From contig JAPEUI010000143.1 in the NCBI GenBank assembly GCA_026025075.1, positions 1 to 37,985 of the forward strand: DNA of 37,985 nt. Reading direction: 5' to 3'. Every line of letters starts with the position of its first letter. Position 1 is the stretch's first letter. Source of the DNA: Vezdaea acicularis. Its lineage: Eukaryota. The notes beneath the pieces were generated by a model. It saw only the letters and a list, made by a program, of their open reading frames with translations, did no database searches and was not told where the DNA came from. This document shows positions 1 to 10,902 of this stretch, piece after piece. The translations under genes were made by a program, and so were the position numbers.

Positions 1-276
1 CCACTCGCCTGTGTGGCCATCCGTGCTTTTGAAGTACGCCTTATCTCGGCACATACATGGATCAACATACCAGCTCCCGCATCGCTCATTGGCAATCAAT
101 GGTCTGTCATAAGCTGCAGCAACCCGTTTTATGAACCTTGAGTCTAGTTCTATCGATCGCAACCGGTTACCAATGCTAAGTGCTGATCGGTCAATCTTGG
201 CAAGAGCCTTCTGAACTGAGTCTGAAGCGGAGGTAAATAGGAGCTCGTCAAGAGTGGGATTGACTTCTTGAGGCAT
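1..276 (-). CDS. RIT1: Initiator tRNA phosphoribosyl transferase (tRNA A64-2'-O-ribosylphosphate transferase), 5' part; runs off the window start
   Basis: Manual translation from ATG at 276: MPQEVNPTLDELLFTSASDSVQKALAKIDRSALSIGNRLRSIELDSRFIKRVAAAYDRPLIANERCGSWYVDPCMCRDKAYFKSTDGHTGEW. It contains the Rit1 N-terminal hallmarks NRLxSI, ANERCGSWY and YFKSTDGH. Not in the ORF track. Confidence 0.92.
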   Translation of the reverse strand, partial: MPQEVNPTLDELLFTSASDSVQKALAKIDRSALSIGNRLRSIELDSRFIKRVAAAYDRPLIANERCGSWYVDPCMCRDKAYFKSTDGHTGEW

Positions 277-1128
277 TGAGATAGCCTTTGAAGCTCAATG
301 ACTCCAGGTCATCATTGATGCGCTCCCTTTTATGGCGTCGAAAGATCGTTGCGCACTCAACGAGCTGGGGTGGAGGCCCCGGTAATCTAGATACTTCGCG
401 AGATCTAAAGCTGGGCAAACACCCCCTTTTAGAGTTTACAGAACTTGAAATAAGAGATTTTGAGTGAGATTATCGGTGCTAGCAACGTTCTTGAAACTAG
501 GTTCATCGAACCCCAATGCGCAGCTAACCAGATAAAACTTTAGGTTGATGGCGTACTTTTAGGGGGTGGTTCTTTATCGATAGAGGTATCGCATGGTGTT
601 GGTGGGCTTCGGCTATGATTCTCGCTAATCTCTGTGCCAACCAAGTTTCCCAGAGCGACCGTTACCTTTTGGGCCCCACATCTGTGCTGGCACATCTGAG
701 CTCACTACCTCAGTGAATCTTTCAATAGATGCAAGACCGAATTCTGATCAGACTACTGGCCATCGCTCCTTATCTTACATGCTAGAGAAGAGAAGGTAAA
801 GGAAGTCCTAAGTCATTGTTGGCAGATCACAATCCATTCCGTTCTCACAGCTATCCTTCGCTCGCCAACACCTTCCTTTCAAATTTCAGCATTACGCAAG
901 CCCGACCCTTCAGACGCTCGTTTCGTGGATATCAGCTTTAAAAGACCGCGAAGCCGCTCCAAGGTCTCTCCAATAGCTTGCACTTTTGTCTTGTCTGGAT
1001 TGAATTGAGACAAGCGCTCGCTGTGGTCGCATTCCTCAGATACCAGTAATCGTTTCCGCTCTACCATAATCTCCTCTTTTGGCACATTCTTCCATTATTG
1101 AGGACTACTATCGACCTTTCGCGCCGAT

Positions 1129-3534
1129 ATGGCGCCCCCTCCGGGTCTGGCTCCTGCAGGAAGTACCTCATACACCTCAAATACATTGAATGTTGGAGAT
1201 GGGACATGGGACTCTTCTCGAAAAACCTTCCTTCTTCCCAATCTGATGGGCCTTAATTACGAAACTATGAGATATAATGGTAAGTTACGGGCGATTGTTT
1301 GCAAATTGTCACCGAGAACTAACATTTCCACTCAAGGAATGGGGAATAGGTTCAAGGATTTACCGTATTACTCTGGCATCATCAAGGCCCATGGAATATT
1401 CGCAGCTATCACCTTCCTGGGCATCGTGCCCGCCGCGATTCTAATTGCTCGATTCCACGACCGGAACCGACCGATGGCACGGCGTCTGCACATCTGGCTG
1501 CAGATTACGACTGTACTCTTGACAACTGTTATATTCATATTAGGGAACATTGCCGTTGGCCCATCACGTGCTTTGACAAACCCGCATCATGGAATTGGAT
1601 TAGCCATCTACGTCCTTGTTCTTTTCCAGTTCTTTGGAGGCTGGTATGTGCATTCAAGGGGGAAGGGAAAGCTGAGATACAGACCTACGATCAAAGCCAT
1701 GGTGAGCAATAGCTAATCCTATTCGAAAGCACTGTTCAACGGGTTATCCTGACTTATCATCTAGATACATCATTGGCTTGGTCGTACAATCGCTCTACTG
1801 GGCATAATACAAGTTGCCCTTGGACTGACCTTGTGGGGTTCACCGCTTCCACTATTCATAGTTTATGCACTTGTGCTATTTGTGCTTGTGATACTTTATT
1901 TCGTCCTCACATATCAGCACGCAGGGCTATCGGACATAGAAGGAAGATCAACGGTTGGATCAAGATCTGAAGTCATCGAGGACCGCACAGATGGAAAACG
2001 GCATAGCCGCATAGGCACAATGGTCGGCACCACAGCAGCAGGAGCAGCATTGGCGACTCTTCTCGGTCGTCGTAACAGATCTCGAAGTCGTACAGGGAGC
2101 AGAGTCGACGTAGTTGGCTCGCAAAGACCATCACAAGCGTATATCTCGGGTGAAAAGCACTCAGACTATGACGACGGACGGAAGACCTGGAGAGACAGAC
2201 TACTGACTGCTGGCGCAATTGGCGGCGGTCTAGCTCTTGCAAAAAGCTTCTTTGGAAGGAAAGAGCGTGTGGATGACGATGCTTCCTACTCATACTACAG
2301 TACAACAGAAGGATCTCCAAGTCGCGTCGATACTGCGGGGCGATCCGGCATCAGTAGGCCTCCCCCTACGAGACCTCCAAACGCTCTTCCACGGCGAAGT
2401 GAAAGCTTGAGCTCTGTCTCTAGTCGTAGTAGTGTCAGGACTGGCCGTCGCGGTACCGGCACTAACCTTCGTGACGGAATCGCAACGTTGGGTCTTCTGG
2501 GATTTGCTCGCTCACAGTTTAAGGATCGCCGAGATCGCAAAGAACAAAGACGATTGGAAGATATACGAAGGCGAGAGATAGAAGAGGAGCGCATTGCCAG
2601 ACGAGGCGGCCGAGATCCTCGTTACACAGGCGATAATTTTCCCCGCCGTGAGGGCCGCAGGGGCTCACTTACAGAGGACGGAGTTTCAACGCACCTGAGC
2701 GCAGCCGATACTCGATCGCGGCACCATCACGGTACTCCTGGGCCAGTCACTGACGCTGCCGCCGGCCTCGCTGCCGGTGCATTAGCTGAAGAAGGCCTCG
2801 CTGGTCGAGGTGGAAGTGGTCCGAATGTCTCTCACAACCTGACCGGGCCCGTCGCGATGCCAGAGCCTCCGCCAGACCCGGCAGGGATATTCCACGCGGA
2901 CTCGGGCTCTGAAGAGTACTATTCATCTGGCGGGCGACCACATCGGCGTCACCATGCTGTCCGCGATGCAGCCCTTGCAAGCGCGGCAGCCGGTGCGCTC
3001 GCAACTGACGCTGGAGGAATTCATCCTCTCAGGAGCGGAGAAAGCATCAACTCGCGCCCTGTATCGTCAACCCCTGTGTCTGTCAAGGTCAAGATGCACA
3101 ACGATGGACGGAAGGTCACCCTACGGCGTCTTTCGGAGCAAGAAGCCGCAGCGGAAAGGGATGCAAGACGAAGGGATGGAGATGGCCGTCGACGTCGACG
3201 GCACCGCAATGACGGTAGCAGGAGTGACCTTGGTAGTGTGGAAGGCGGGAATCGGTGGAGACGGACGGAGGACCTCGAGCGACAACAGGCGGAACAGATG
3301 GCCGCGGAGCAGCGGGCAGCGGCTGGCGGAGCCGGACTACCCCCACCTCCGCCCATCGGTGGCGGAGCGGGCCCCGGCAGCGGCGGGGGCGGCAGCATCG
3401 GGAGCCCAGGCACGTATGAAGGCACGGAGGCATCGGGCGACTACGCGGCGAGCAATCGGCGACGACGTCGGGCCGAGCGAGCAGCGGCGCAGAACCAGAG
3501 GGCTGGTGGTAGGGACACGGTCGAGTACGATTGA
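1129..3534 (+). CDS. Cytochrome b561-domain membrane protein with a long Arg/Gly/Ser-rich disordered C-terminal tail (~761 aa)
   Basis: Exons 1129-1279, 1337-1701, 1765-3534. Introns gtaagt..ctaac..aag (57 nt) and gtgagc..ctgac..tag (63 nt) keep frame. Hydrophobic helices carry four spaced His typical of b561 heme ligands (KAHG, RLHIW, PHHG, IHHWLG). Confidence 0.8.
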
Positions 3535-4095
3535 CCGACGCGTGTTTCCTCCCGACACTTCACGATATCTGGGCATTTAGCGAGGCGTTTATGTTTCAGA
3601 CAGGGTTGTTTGCATGATTCAGGGCATCGGGAGGATTGTTGGGGAGTTTGCCGGGTGTCGGGACTGGAGACATCGGTAAAAGGGAGCTACGGCCAGCTGC
3701 CCGTTTGGGACCAGATAATGTCTGTAGGATCTGATGCGATCGGGCCCTAGGCTATGTATGGCGGGCGCACGTGTATGAAAGTAACGGCGATGGAATTATC
3801 GGCGAACATCTTCTCCCATGTTTTCGCCCCGCTCTGCCGGTCTCCTTCCAACGAGTCTTGTCCGTCCCCATCCCGCGGCCGAGGTGGGGCGATGGGTCAC
3901 GCGCGCAGGCGGCTGTTCTCGAACGTGACCGGGGTGAGGGCCCGACGTGGCGCCAAGCGCGCGTCGTGACTGGCTGGGACTTCCCGCGGAGACGGGCAGC
4001 GGTCCATGTTGCTTTGTCTTTTGCTAGGGCTGAAGGGCAGCGTCCAGTTGATGCTGTTGATGCTTGAGATCCAGGCGACGGCCATCCATTACCAT

Positions 4096-4102
4096 TGACT
4101 CA
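4096..4102 (+). promoter_or_regulatory. TGACTCA (CpcA/Gcn4-type bZIP site)
   Basis: Exact consensus about 730 bp upstream of the GPI-protein ATG. Single occurrence, so it could be chance. Confidence 0.25.
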
Positions 4103-4827
4103 TGATCGCAAGACGTGGACCCATTCTCATCTAGGTCTATACCTCTAGCGCCGAGACCGTCGGAGAGGACTCTCGACGATCGCATTCCCGCTTCGAAAGA
4201 ATTTCTCCCTCTGCTCCACCACTTCACATTGAGATCGACCGGTAGCGCTCTCTCTCGCCAAGCGACCCGCTCCTGAGCATATTCCTCTCGTGTCCCCGGC
4301 GAAGCTTAAAGCTAAAACACCGCGGCGAACCCGACCTCTCCCCCCCTCCCTTCCGCTCCGCCTCCCCTCTCCACTAGCCCTATCTTTCCTAGCCCTCCTT
4401 GGCGCCGCTCTTGGCATGGAGCTTTTGGCAGTCACAACCCGCGGATCAAGCTTTAGTGCCTTTCAGCCGCAGCTTCGGTGCTTGCGGTGGCCGGCATGCG
4501 ACAAGGACCTGCTCGCTCAGGACGCTGGGCCCGATCAATCGGCCTTATGGGCAGCCTCGTCTGGACCAATCTCCGCGCCGACCGCGATGGGGGGGCCCCA
4601 GGGGAATGCTCTTTCCGGGGAGCAGACGATGGGCTGTGTTGTCGGAGGGCGCGACCCCATGTCTGCATTCACTGCTATAAATCTTGGGTGCTTCGCACGC
4701 GACGAAAAAGTTCCAGAGAGCCTCTAACACTTATCATCACAGCCCTTCTAGAGCTGCTATCACCTCCATTACCTCACTTTACTGTGATCCTAGTCATACA
4801 GCAGCAACCCTAGCACGATAATTCATA

Positions 4828-5835
4828 ATGCGTTCAGCTATCCTCTCCCTCCTGCTGCTCGCGGGTCCCATCGCCGTGCAGGCAGCAGCACACCCAGCTG
4901 TCGGAGATCAGGGCTTCTCCCTCAACCCAGCCACTGGCATGAAGCACCGCTTGACGAAGAGGCAGTCAGGCACATCGGGTGGTGCGTCCTTGATCCTTCA
5001 CCAATCTCCCCGTTCACCTCAATGCCTTTACTGATGCCTCGTATAGTTGGTGATGCCTGCCCCGATGGCTCCGGCGAGACCGTCTGCGTGGTCAATGTTG
5101 ATGGAACCCTACAATGCGCTGGCACCTGCTGTACCAACGCATCTGGCCAATTCCGTACGTCCTCCCTCCATAGCACATCGCTCCATCTCATATCTCTCCC
5201 CTCCACCCCGCCGTCTTCCTCTCCGCCTCTCCGCCTCTCTTCACCTCTCCACCTCTTTACAACATTCACTAACCTTCCTCCCCGCAGTTGGCGGCTGCGA
5301 TCTCGGCACAGTCTGCGATCTTTCCGGCGGCACATTCGGCTGCTGTCCCATCGGCGAGACCTGCACCGGCGGCCCACCCCCCTGCGTCAACTACGGCCAG
5401 CCCGCCCCTGGGAGCACCACCGCCTGTCCCCGCGACTCACCAACCTGCTACACGGTCTCAGGAAGCGGCGCGTGCTCCGCCGGGCCCGGCGGACCAGGCG
5501 GCTCCAGCATTGTCGGAGGCGGAGGCGCCGCCGGCACCACCGCAGCCGGATCCTCTGCATCTCTAGCCCGGAGCTCTGCGAGCGCGAGCGCGTCCCAGGC
5601 GACGGCTCAGGCCAGCTCGAGCGTCGCCAGTGCCACAAAAAGTGCCAGCAACGCCGTCAGCTCGGCCGTCGCCTCCGCCAGCAGCAAAGTCGCGAGTATC
5701 ACCAGCCAGATCGGCGGCGGAGGCGCAGCCGCGACGGTCACGGCCACGGCTACTTCAAGCGCGGGCGCTGGCAAAATTGGTGCTGCAGGAATCGCCGGCG
5801 CGGCTGTTATCGGGGCCTTGGCTTTCGGTCTATAA
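4828..5835 (+). CDS. Secreted, probably GPI-anchored Cys-rich cell-surface protein (~269 aa)
   Basis: Exons 4828-4981, 5047-5154, 5288-5835 (introns gtgcgt..tag, gtacgt..ctaac..cag). Signal peptide MRSAILSLLLLAGPIAVQA, Kex2-like LTKR/Q, a 14-Cys domain, a Ser/Ala/Thr-rich stalk, and a hydrophobic C-terminus (SSAGAGKIGAAGIAGAAVIGALAFGL). Confidence 0.8.
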
Positions 5836-6263
5836 GACCATCGAAGCGACTCATGCGAGGAAGAAGCGTGCGGGATTGCGGATGTGAAATACGGCTCATG
5901 GTGTCCCGGTTCCTTTTTATGTTCTTTTGCTCGGCGGCTATGCGGGGACAACCAGAACGATGTCATGGCTCTCATATGCCTTTCTTGCTGTTATTATGAA
6001 GGCGGATACCACGATTAGTGCTTTAATGAGCTGCAGAAAAGCTAGTGCATAATTCGATGCTGCATCCTTCTTTCCTCCTCGTGGTACCATTCGTGCTTTG
6101 CAGCTGGACCGATGAAAGAGGGTACGTGACCCCTTTCCCCAGCCTTGCACCCAGTTTCAGCAGGTCAGAGACTGCTCCCTGCAATATCCCTGGAAGTCTC
6201 CCCACAAGGGAGACTTATGGGAAGGGCTCGAGATAGCGTGCTCCGTCGTCTGTGATTCAATCT

Positions 6264-6287
6264 ATGACCCGAATGACCCGAATGACC
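6264..6287 (+). repeat. Short 9-bp tandem repeat (ATGACCCGA, about 2.7 copies)
   Basis: atgacccga atgacccga atgacc in the convergent intergenic region. Confidence 0.6.
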
Positions 6288-6394
6288 TTCGCATGGTCCT
6301 TGAGAGTCGATCATCTTCTTCTAACTATCTACGAAAAAGAACTTTTGTCTACCTATGATACACAGCACGCCACCATTCCATCTCCCCCAACACC

Positions 6395-8944
6395 CTACGC
6401 CCAACCCTTCAAACCTTTCAGCACACACCCATCCTCGCCTTCAACCCTGCTGACCAGTCTCCCAACCTCAAAAACCGTCTCCCCACAATTCTCCAAATGC
6501 GCCATGACGCGAATAACATCTTGAAGGGCCACACAAAGCACCATTCCGAGCCCGGTATTAAACGTCCTCGCAAACTCGACCGGCTCCATATGGCCCGCCT
6601 TTTTCAGCCAGAGGAGCACATCCGGGACTTTCCAGGCGGCGACATCGACTTCCGCTTTCAAGTGCTGGGGCAGCATGCGCGGGATATTCTCGATCAAGCC
6701 GCCGCCGGTGATATGCGCCATTCCCTTGATCAACCCGGTGTGTGCGAGCGGGAGGAGGCTTTGGACGTAGATCCTCGTTGGGGTCAGCAAGCTTTCTCCC
6801 ACGCTGGTTTCTGGGTGCCATGGTGCTGAGTCTTGATAGCTCAGGCCTTTGCTCTCGATGATTTTTCGCACGAGGCTGAACCCGTTGGAATGCACGCCGC
6901 TACTGGCAAGTCCTAGTAAGATATCACTTTCTTCCATGGCCGCTTTATTCGGTAAGACGAGTGCATCGCGGTCGATTGCCCCGACGGCCGCGCCGACGCC
7001 GTCGTAGTCCGTGCCGGAGTATATACCTGGCATCTCGGCTGTCTCCCCGCCTGAAAGGGTGCAGCCTGCTAGTCGGCAGCCGGCGGCGACGCCTTCGACG
7101 AAGGGGACGGCGTCGGAGAGAACTAGTTTGGAGCAGGAGAAGCAGTCGAGGAAGCCGAGCGGGCGCGCGCCTTGCACCACTAGGTCATTAACAGACATGG
7201 CGACGAGGTCGATGCCGACGGTGTCGTGCTTGCCCATGGCGTGTGCGATCTTGAGTTTTGTGCCGACGCCGTCGATGGAGAGGACGAGGATTGGCGGTTT
7301 GGTGTAGCCTGCGGCGAGGAGGTCGATGGTCCCGCCGAAGCCGCCGATTTCGCCATCAGCCCCTTTAATTCTAGTCGAGCGGACGGCTGTGCGGATTCGC
7401 TCAACGAGGAGGTTGCCTGCTGCTATATCGACACCGCCGTGTTGGGCGTAGGAGAAGGCATCTTCGGTGCTGGTTGTGTTTTTGAAGGCCCTATATGGCA
7501 GGTTAGATCGCCACCAATTAGGGAAGATTCAAGAAAAGGGGCAATACCTATGAGCAATATCCCGACGGTAGTACATCCCCTCAAATTTTATCGACTCGAC
7601 TCCTTTATATGCTTTCGTGACAGCATCCTCAAGTGTCTCTGCTGTTGCTGTCGCGGCTATAACTCGGCCTCCTGATGTCTCCAGGTCTGATCCTTTCATA
7701 GCTGTTCCAGCATGGAACAAGATGGTACCTTGTTCGACCGGCGATAGGGCCATACTAGTTCCTTTTGCGTATGAGCCGGGGTATCCGCCAGCGGATACTA
7801 CAACGGTTGCAGCAAATCTCCGCTCCACCTGTAATGTGGCAAAGTCTAATCTCCTTGTTGTACATGCAAGCATTACGTCTGCCAGATCGGTGTCATGGCT
7901 TAACAGTGGTAGCAAAGTCTGTGTCTCGGGATCGCCAAATCGCACATTATATTCCAGAACCTTTGGGCCAGTCTTTGTCAACATAAGACCAGTGAATAGC
8001 ACCCCAACAAAAGGAAAACCTGGGAAAGGTTAGCCACGCGCTTATGAATTTGGATTCTTATGAAAATGACCTTCTTTCCTCATGCTATCTACAGTTGGCT
8101 GTAATATCGTTTCATTAATCTCCTTTACTAATGCTGGCGATGCTACCTTGGTCGGAGCGTAGCAGCCCATGCCCCCAGTATTCGGCCCCTGATCTCCGTC
8201 GAATATCCGCTTATGATCCTGTGCCGGCGGCAAAGACTTGATAGAGTGCCCATCACTGAAAGTAAGAATGCTTAACTCCTCGCCCTCAAGAAACTCCTCG
8301 ATGACAACCTCGTCACCAGCAGTCCCAAACTCTTTACCTACCATAATTTCTTTTAGCGCTCTTTCAGCTTCATCTCTGGATTGAGGTAGTATTACACCCT
8401 TTCCACCAGCAAGCCCGCTTGCTTTGATTACAAAATTATGCTTCACACTGGATATATACTGCTGTGCAAGCTTATAGTCGCTGAAATTCCGATATTCTGC
8501 AGTTGGTATCCGGTTACGCCGCATGAAATCTTTGGAGAACGTTTTTGAGCCCTCCATACGAGCCGCTTCCTTACTCGGGCCAAAGACATGAATATCTGTC
8601 CGCGAAAAGACGTTAGGACTTCCATTGTAAGTTAGGAGCAGAATCTACTGAGCAGACCACTGTGAAATAACCATACCCCTGGGAAAGTAGCCCTCAATGC
8701 CATCTACAAGTGGCGCTTCTGGTCCTGGTACAACCAAATCAACTTTATTCTCTTTTGAAAACTTCAAAAGTCCAATATAGTCATCTGCTTTGACAGAATC
8801 AATGTTCTGCACCTTTGGAATTCCAGCTGTTCCCCCATTGCCTGGGATGGCATATATAACCTCGACGCGTCGTGATTGGCTCAATTTCCAAGCCAGCGCA
8901 TGTTCTCGACCCCCACCGCCAATTAGGAGTATTCTCAAAGACAT
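6395..8944 (-). CDS. ADE5,7: Bifunctional phosphoribosylamine-glycine ligase / phosphoribosylformylglycinamidine cyclo-ligase (GARS-AIRS), ~786 aa
   Basis: Exons 8944-8677, 8595-8071, 8019-7548, 7490-6395 sum to 2361 nt (alternative ATG at 8950). GARS motifs GGGGREHALAW, MEGSK, QDHKRIFDGDQGPNTGGMG, EYNVRFGDPE. AIRS motifs DGVGTK, DLVAMSVND, GGETAEMPG, HSNGFSL, HITGGG, TFNTGLG. Confidence 0.97.
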
Positions 8945-8950
8945 CTTCAT

Positions 8951-9308
8951 TGGAGGTGCAAGAAGAGAAGGAAGTATATAAAGACTTGGTAACTCGTCCG
9001 TAAGAGCGAGGGCTTTGGGAGGTAAAATCATGGTGGGGCAACGCGGAATCTTCCGCACTGCATGAAATTTCCCCCACCATGCGAGTGCATCCAATTCCAA
9101 TTCTCCCCACCTCGACAAGTTTCATTCTCGGGAGCTTCTCAGGTCAATGCTTTGTATATGGCTATAAGAGCAGTGTCTGTAGCGAGTGCAGTATTCAGAG
9201 GTCTCGGATTTATGTAAGAGATCGTGTCTTGCCCAGCAAACGTAGAGAACAATCCAAATTATCAAAGTCAAAATACGGTCCTGGCCGAGCCGACCCCCCT
9301 CGATCAAC
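8951..9308. promoter_or_regulatory. Short divergent (bidirectional) promoter shared by ADE5,7 and THR1, containing nested inverted repeats
   Basis: About 360 bp between the head-to-head ATGs. CATGGTGGGG (9029-9038) pairs with CCCCACCATG (9072-9081), enclosing GCGGAA-TC-TTCCGC (9043-9056). Confidence 0.6.
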
Positions 9309-10492
9309 ATGCTGAACCAGACAAAGAGGATTGTTCTCCGGGTCCCTGGATCTTCAGCAAACATAGGGCCAGGCTTTGATATTATTGGAATTGCTCTCCC
9401 TAAATACCTAGAGTTACGTATCACTGCTCAGCCCCTTGACACAACTGCTGTTGCGCCAAATTCCTTCGACTGCGAGATCACCTATGAGGGCCATGGGGCT
9501 GATAAAGTATCGAAATACGTATCGGAAAATCTGATCACACGAACTGCAGTTTATGTCATGAAGGAGCACGGTTTCACAAAATTTCCCGAGAAAACAAGCA
9601 TTCACATTGTCAATAACATACCATTGGGAAGGGGGTTGGGATCGTCAGGGGCGGCGGTAGTTGCAGGCGTCATGTTTGCCAACGAGGTTGGGGATCTAAA
9701 GCTTACGGTGGAGCAGATTCGGGATTACAGCCTGAGGATAGAGGGCCATCCAGATAATATTGCCGCTTCTTTGTATGGCGGTCTTGTGGTCACAGTACAA
9801 AAGAGACCGCCTCACCAGCGACATGTACACGCAGACGAGGATGGGATTCCCTCGAGCGAGGTACTTCCGGAAGCCCCAAGAGTAGATACAGGCTTTGAAA
9901 GCCCGGAAGAACAATACATTATGGGTATCTCTAGGAGGTTTACTTTGTCAAAGGAACTCAAAGCTATTGTCATAATACCCAGTTTTGAGGTCAGTACGGC
10001 GGTAGCAAGGGCAGCACTACCTAAAGCGTATTCAGAGAGCGATGCAGTAAGTTATTAGGCCTGAAAAGCATGGTGATAGTGCTAAGAATATTTTAGACAT
10101 TCAACTCAAGCAGAGCAAGCCTCCTTCCAACATTACTGACAGAGCTACCACTAGTTCCTGAAGATATCTACGATTGCATGCAAGACAGATTCCATCAACC
10201 GTACAGAACATCTCTCATACCCGGTCTTACTGAGATACTTAGTTCTATGACACCAAAAACTCATCCCGGTCTTTGTGGTATCTGTCTCTCTGGCGCTGGG
10301 CCGACTATACTAGCTTTCGCAACTAAAAACTTTGAAAACATCGCGAAAGGTATCTTGAATGGCTTCTCGAAAAACAGCATCCAATGTGAATGGGAGGTCT
10401 TGGAACCTACATGTACGGGTGCAGCTGTTTCACGAAATTCAGGTTCCTTTGAATCGTTCATAAGGACAACAGGACCCAAGGAAAAAGCTTAG
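9309..10492 (+). CDS. THR1: Homoserine kinase (GHMP kinase), ~377 aa
   Basis: Exons 9309-10046 and 10097-10492 (gtaagt..tag). Motifs VPGSSANIGPGFD, IPLGRGLGSSGAA, HPDN, MQDRFHQPYR, LSGAGPT. Confidence 0.96.
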
Positions 10493-10902
10493 TAGAGCCC
10501 CACAACATGCATGTGCTTTTTCGGTGAATTTGGAGAATTATTGGACGGAGCATTGCTGGCGCAGGATAGCGGAAACTTTATAGTTAAGCCTTTAGACAAG
10601 ACTCAGGATCGATGGGTGGACATCACGATATATAAAAAGGGACACGGTACGATATCACGATTTCCAGGTAATATTCGCTCAATCTCAGGGGCTCGGGCCT
10701 GCTTTTTGAGAGCCGCTTGAGTATTTACCTACAGTTCATCAGACGTACACAGACCTTCTTAACCTTACTACAGAGGATATGTCGATCTACAAGCTCTAAT
10801 CCATAGTAATCACATAAAACGTCAAAACTATCTTCGATCATAAGGGACATGTAATGTGATAGTGCAGTTAAAGAAGAAACAGAACGCCATTCAACTGCAG
10901 CA

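Noticed and set aside
879..1085. 68-aa minus-strand ORF
   Set aside because: It lies antisense to the probable 5' leader of the b561 gene and has no recognisable motif.
3754..4813. Cluster of short overlapping ORFs
   Set aside because: Typical of GC-rich intergenic DNA; mostly non-ATG starts, with no splice structure or motifs.
5022..5999. 325-aa Arg-rich ORF
   Set aside because: Only its first part (exon 2) is real; the rest reads through an intron into a shifted frame of the GPI gene.
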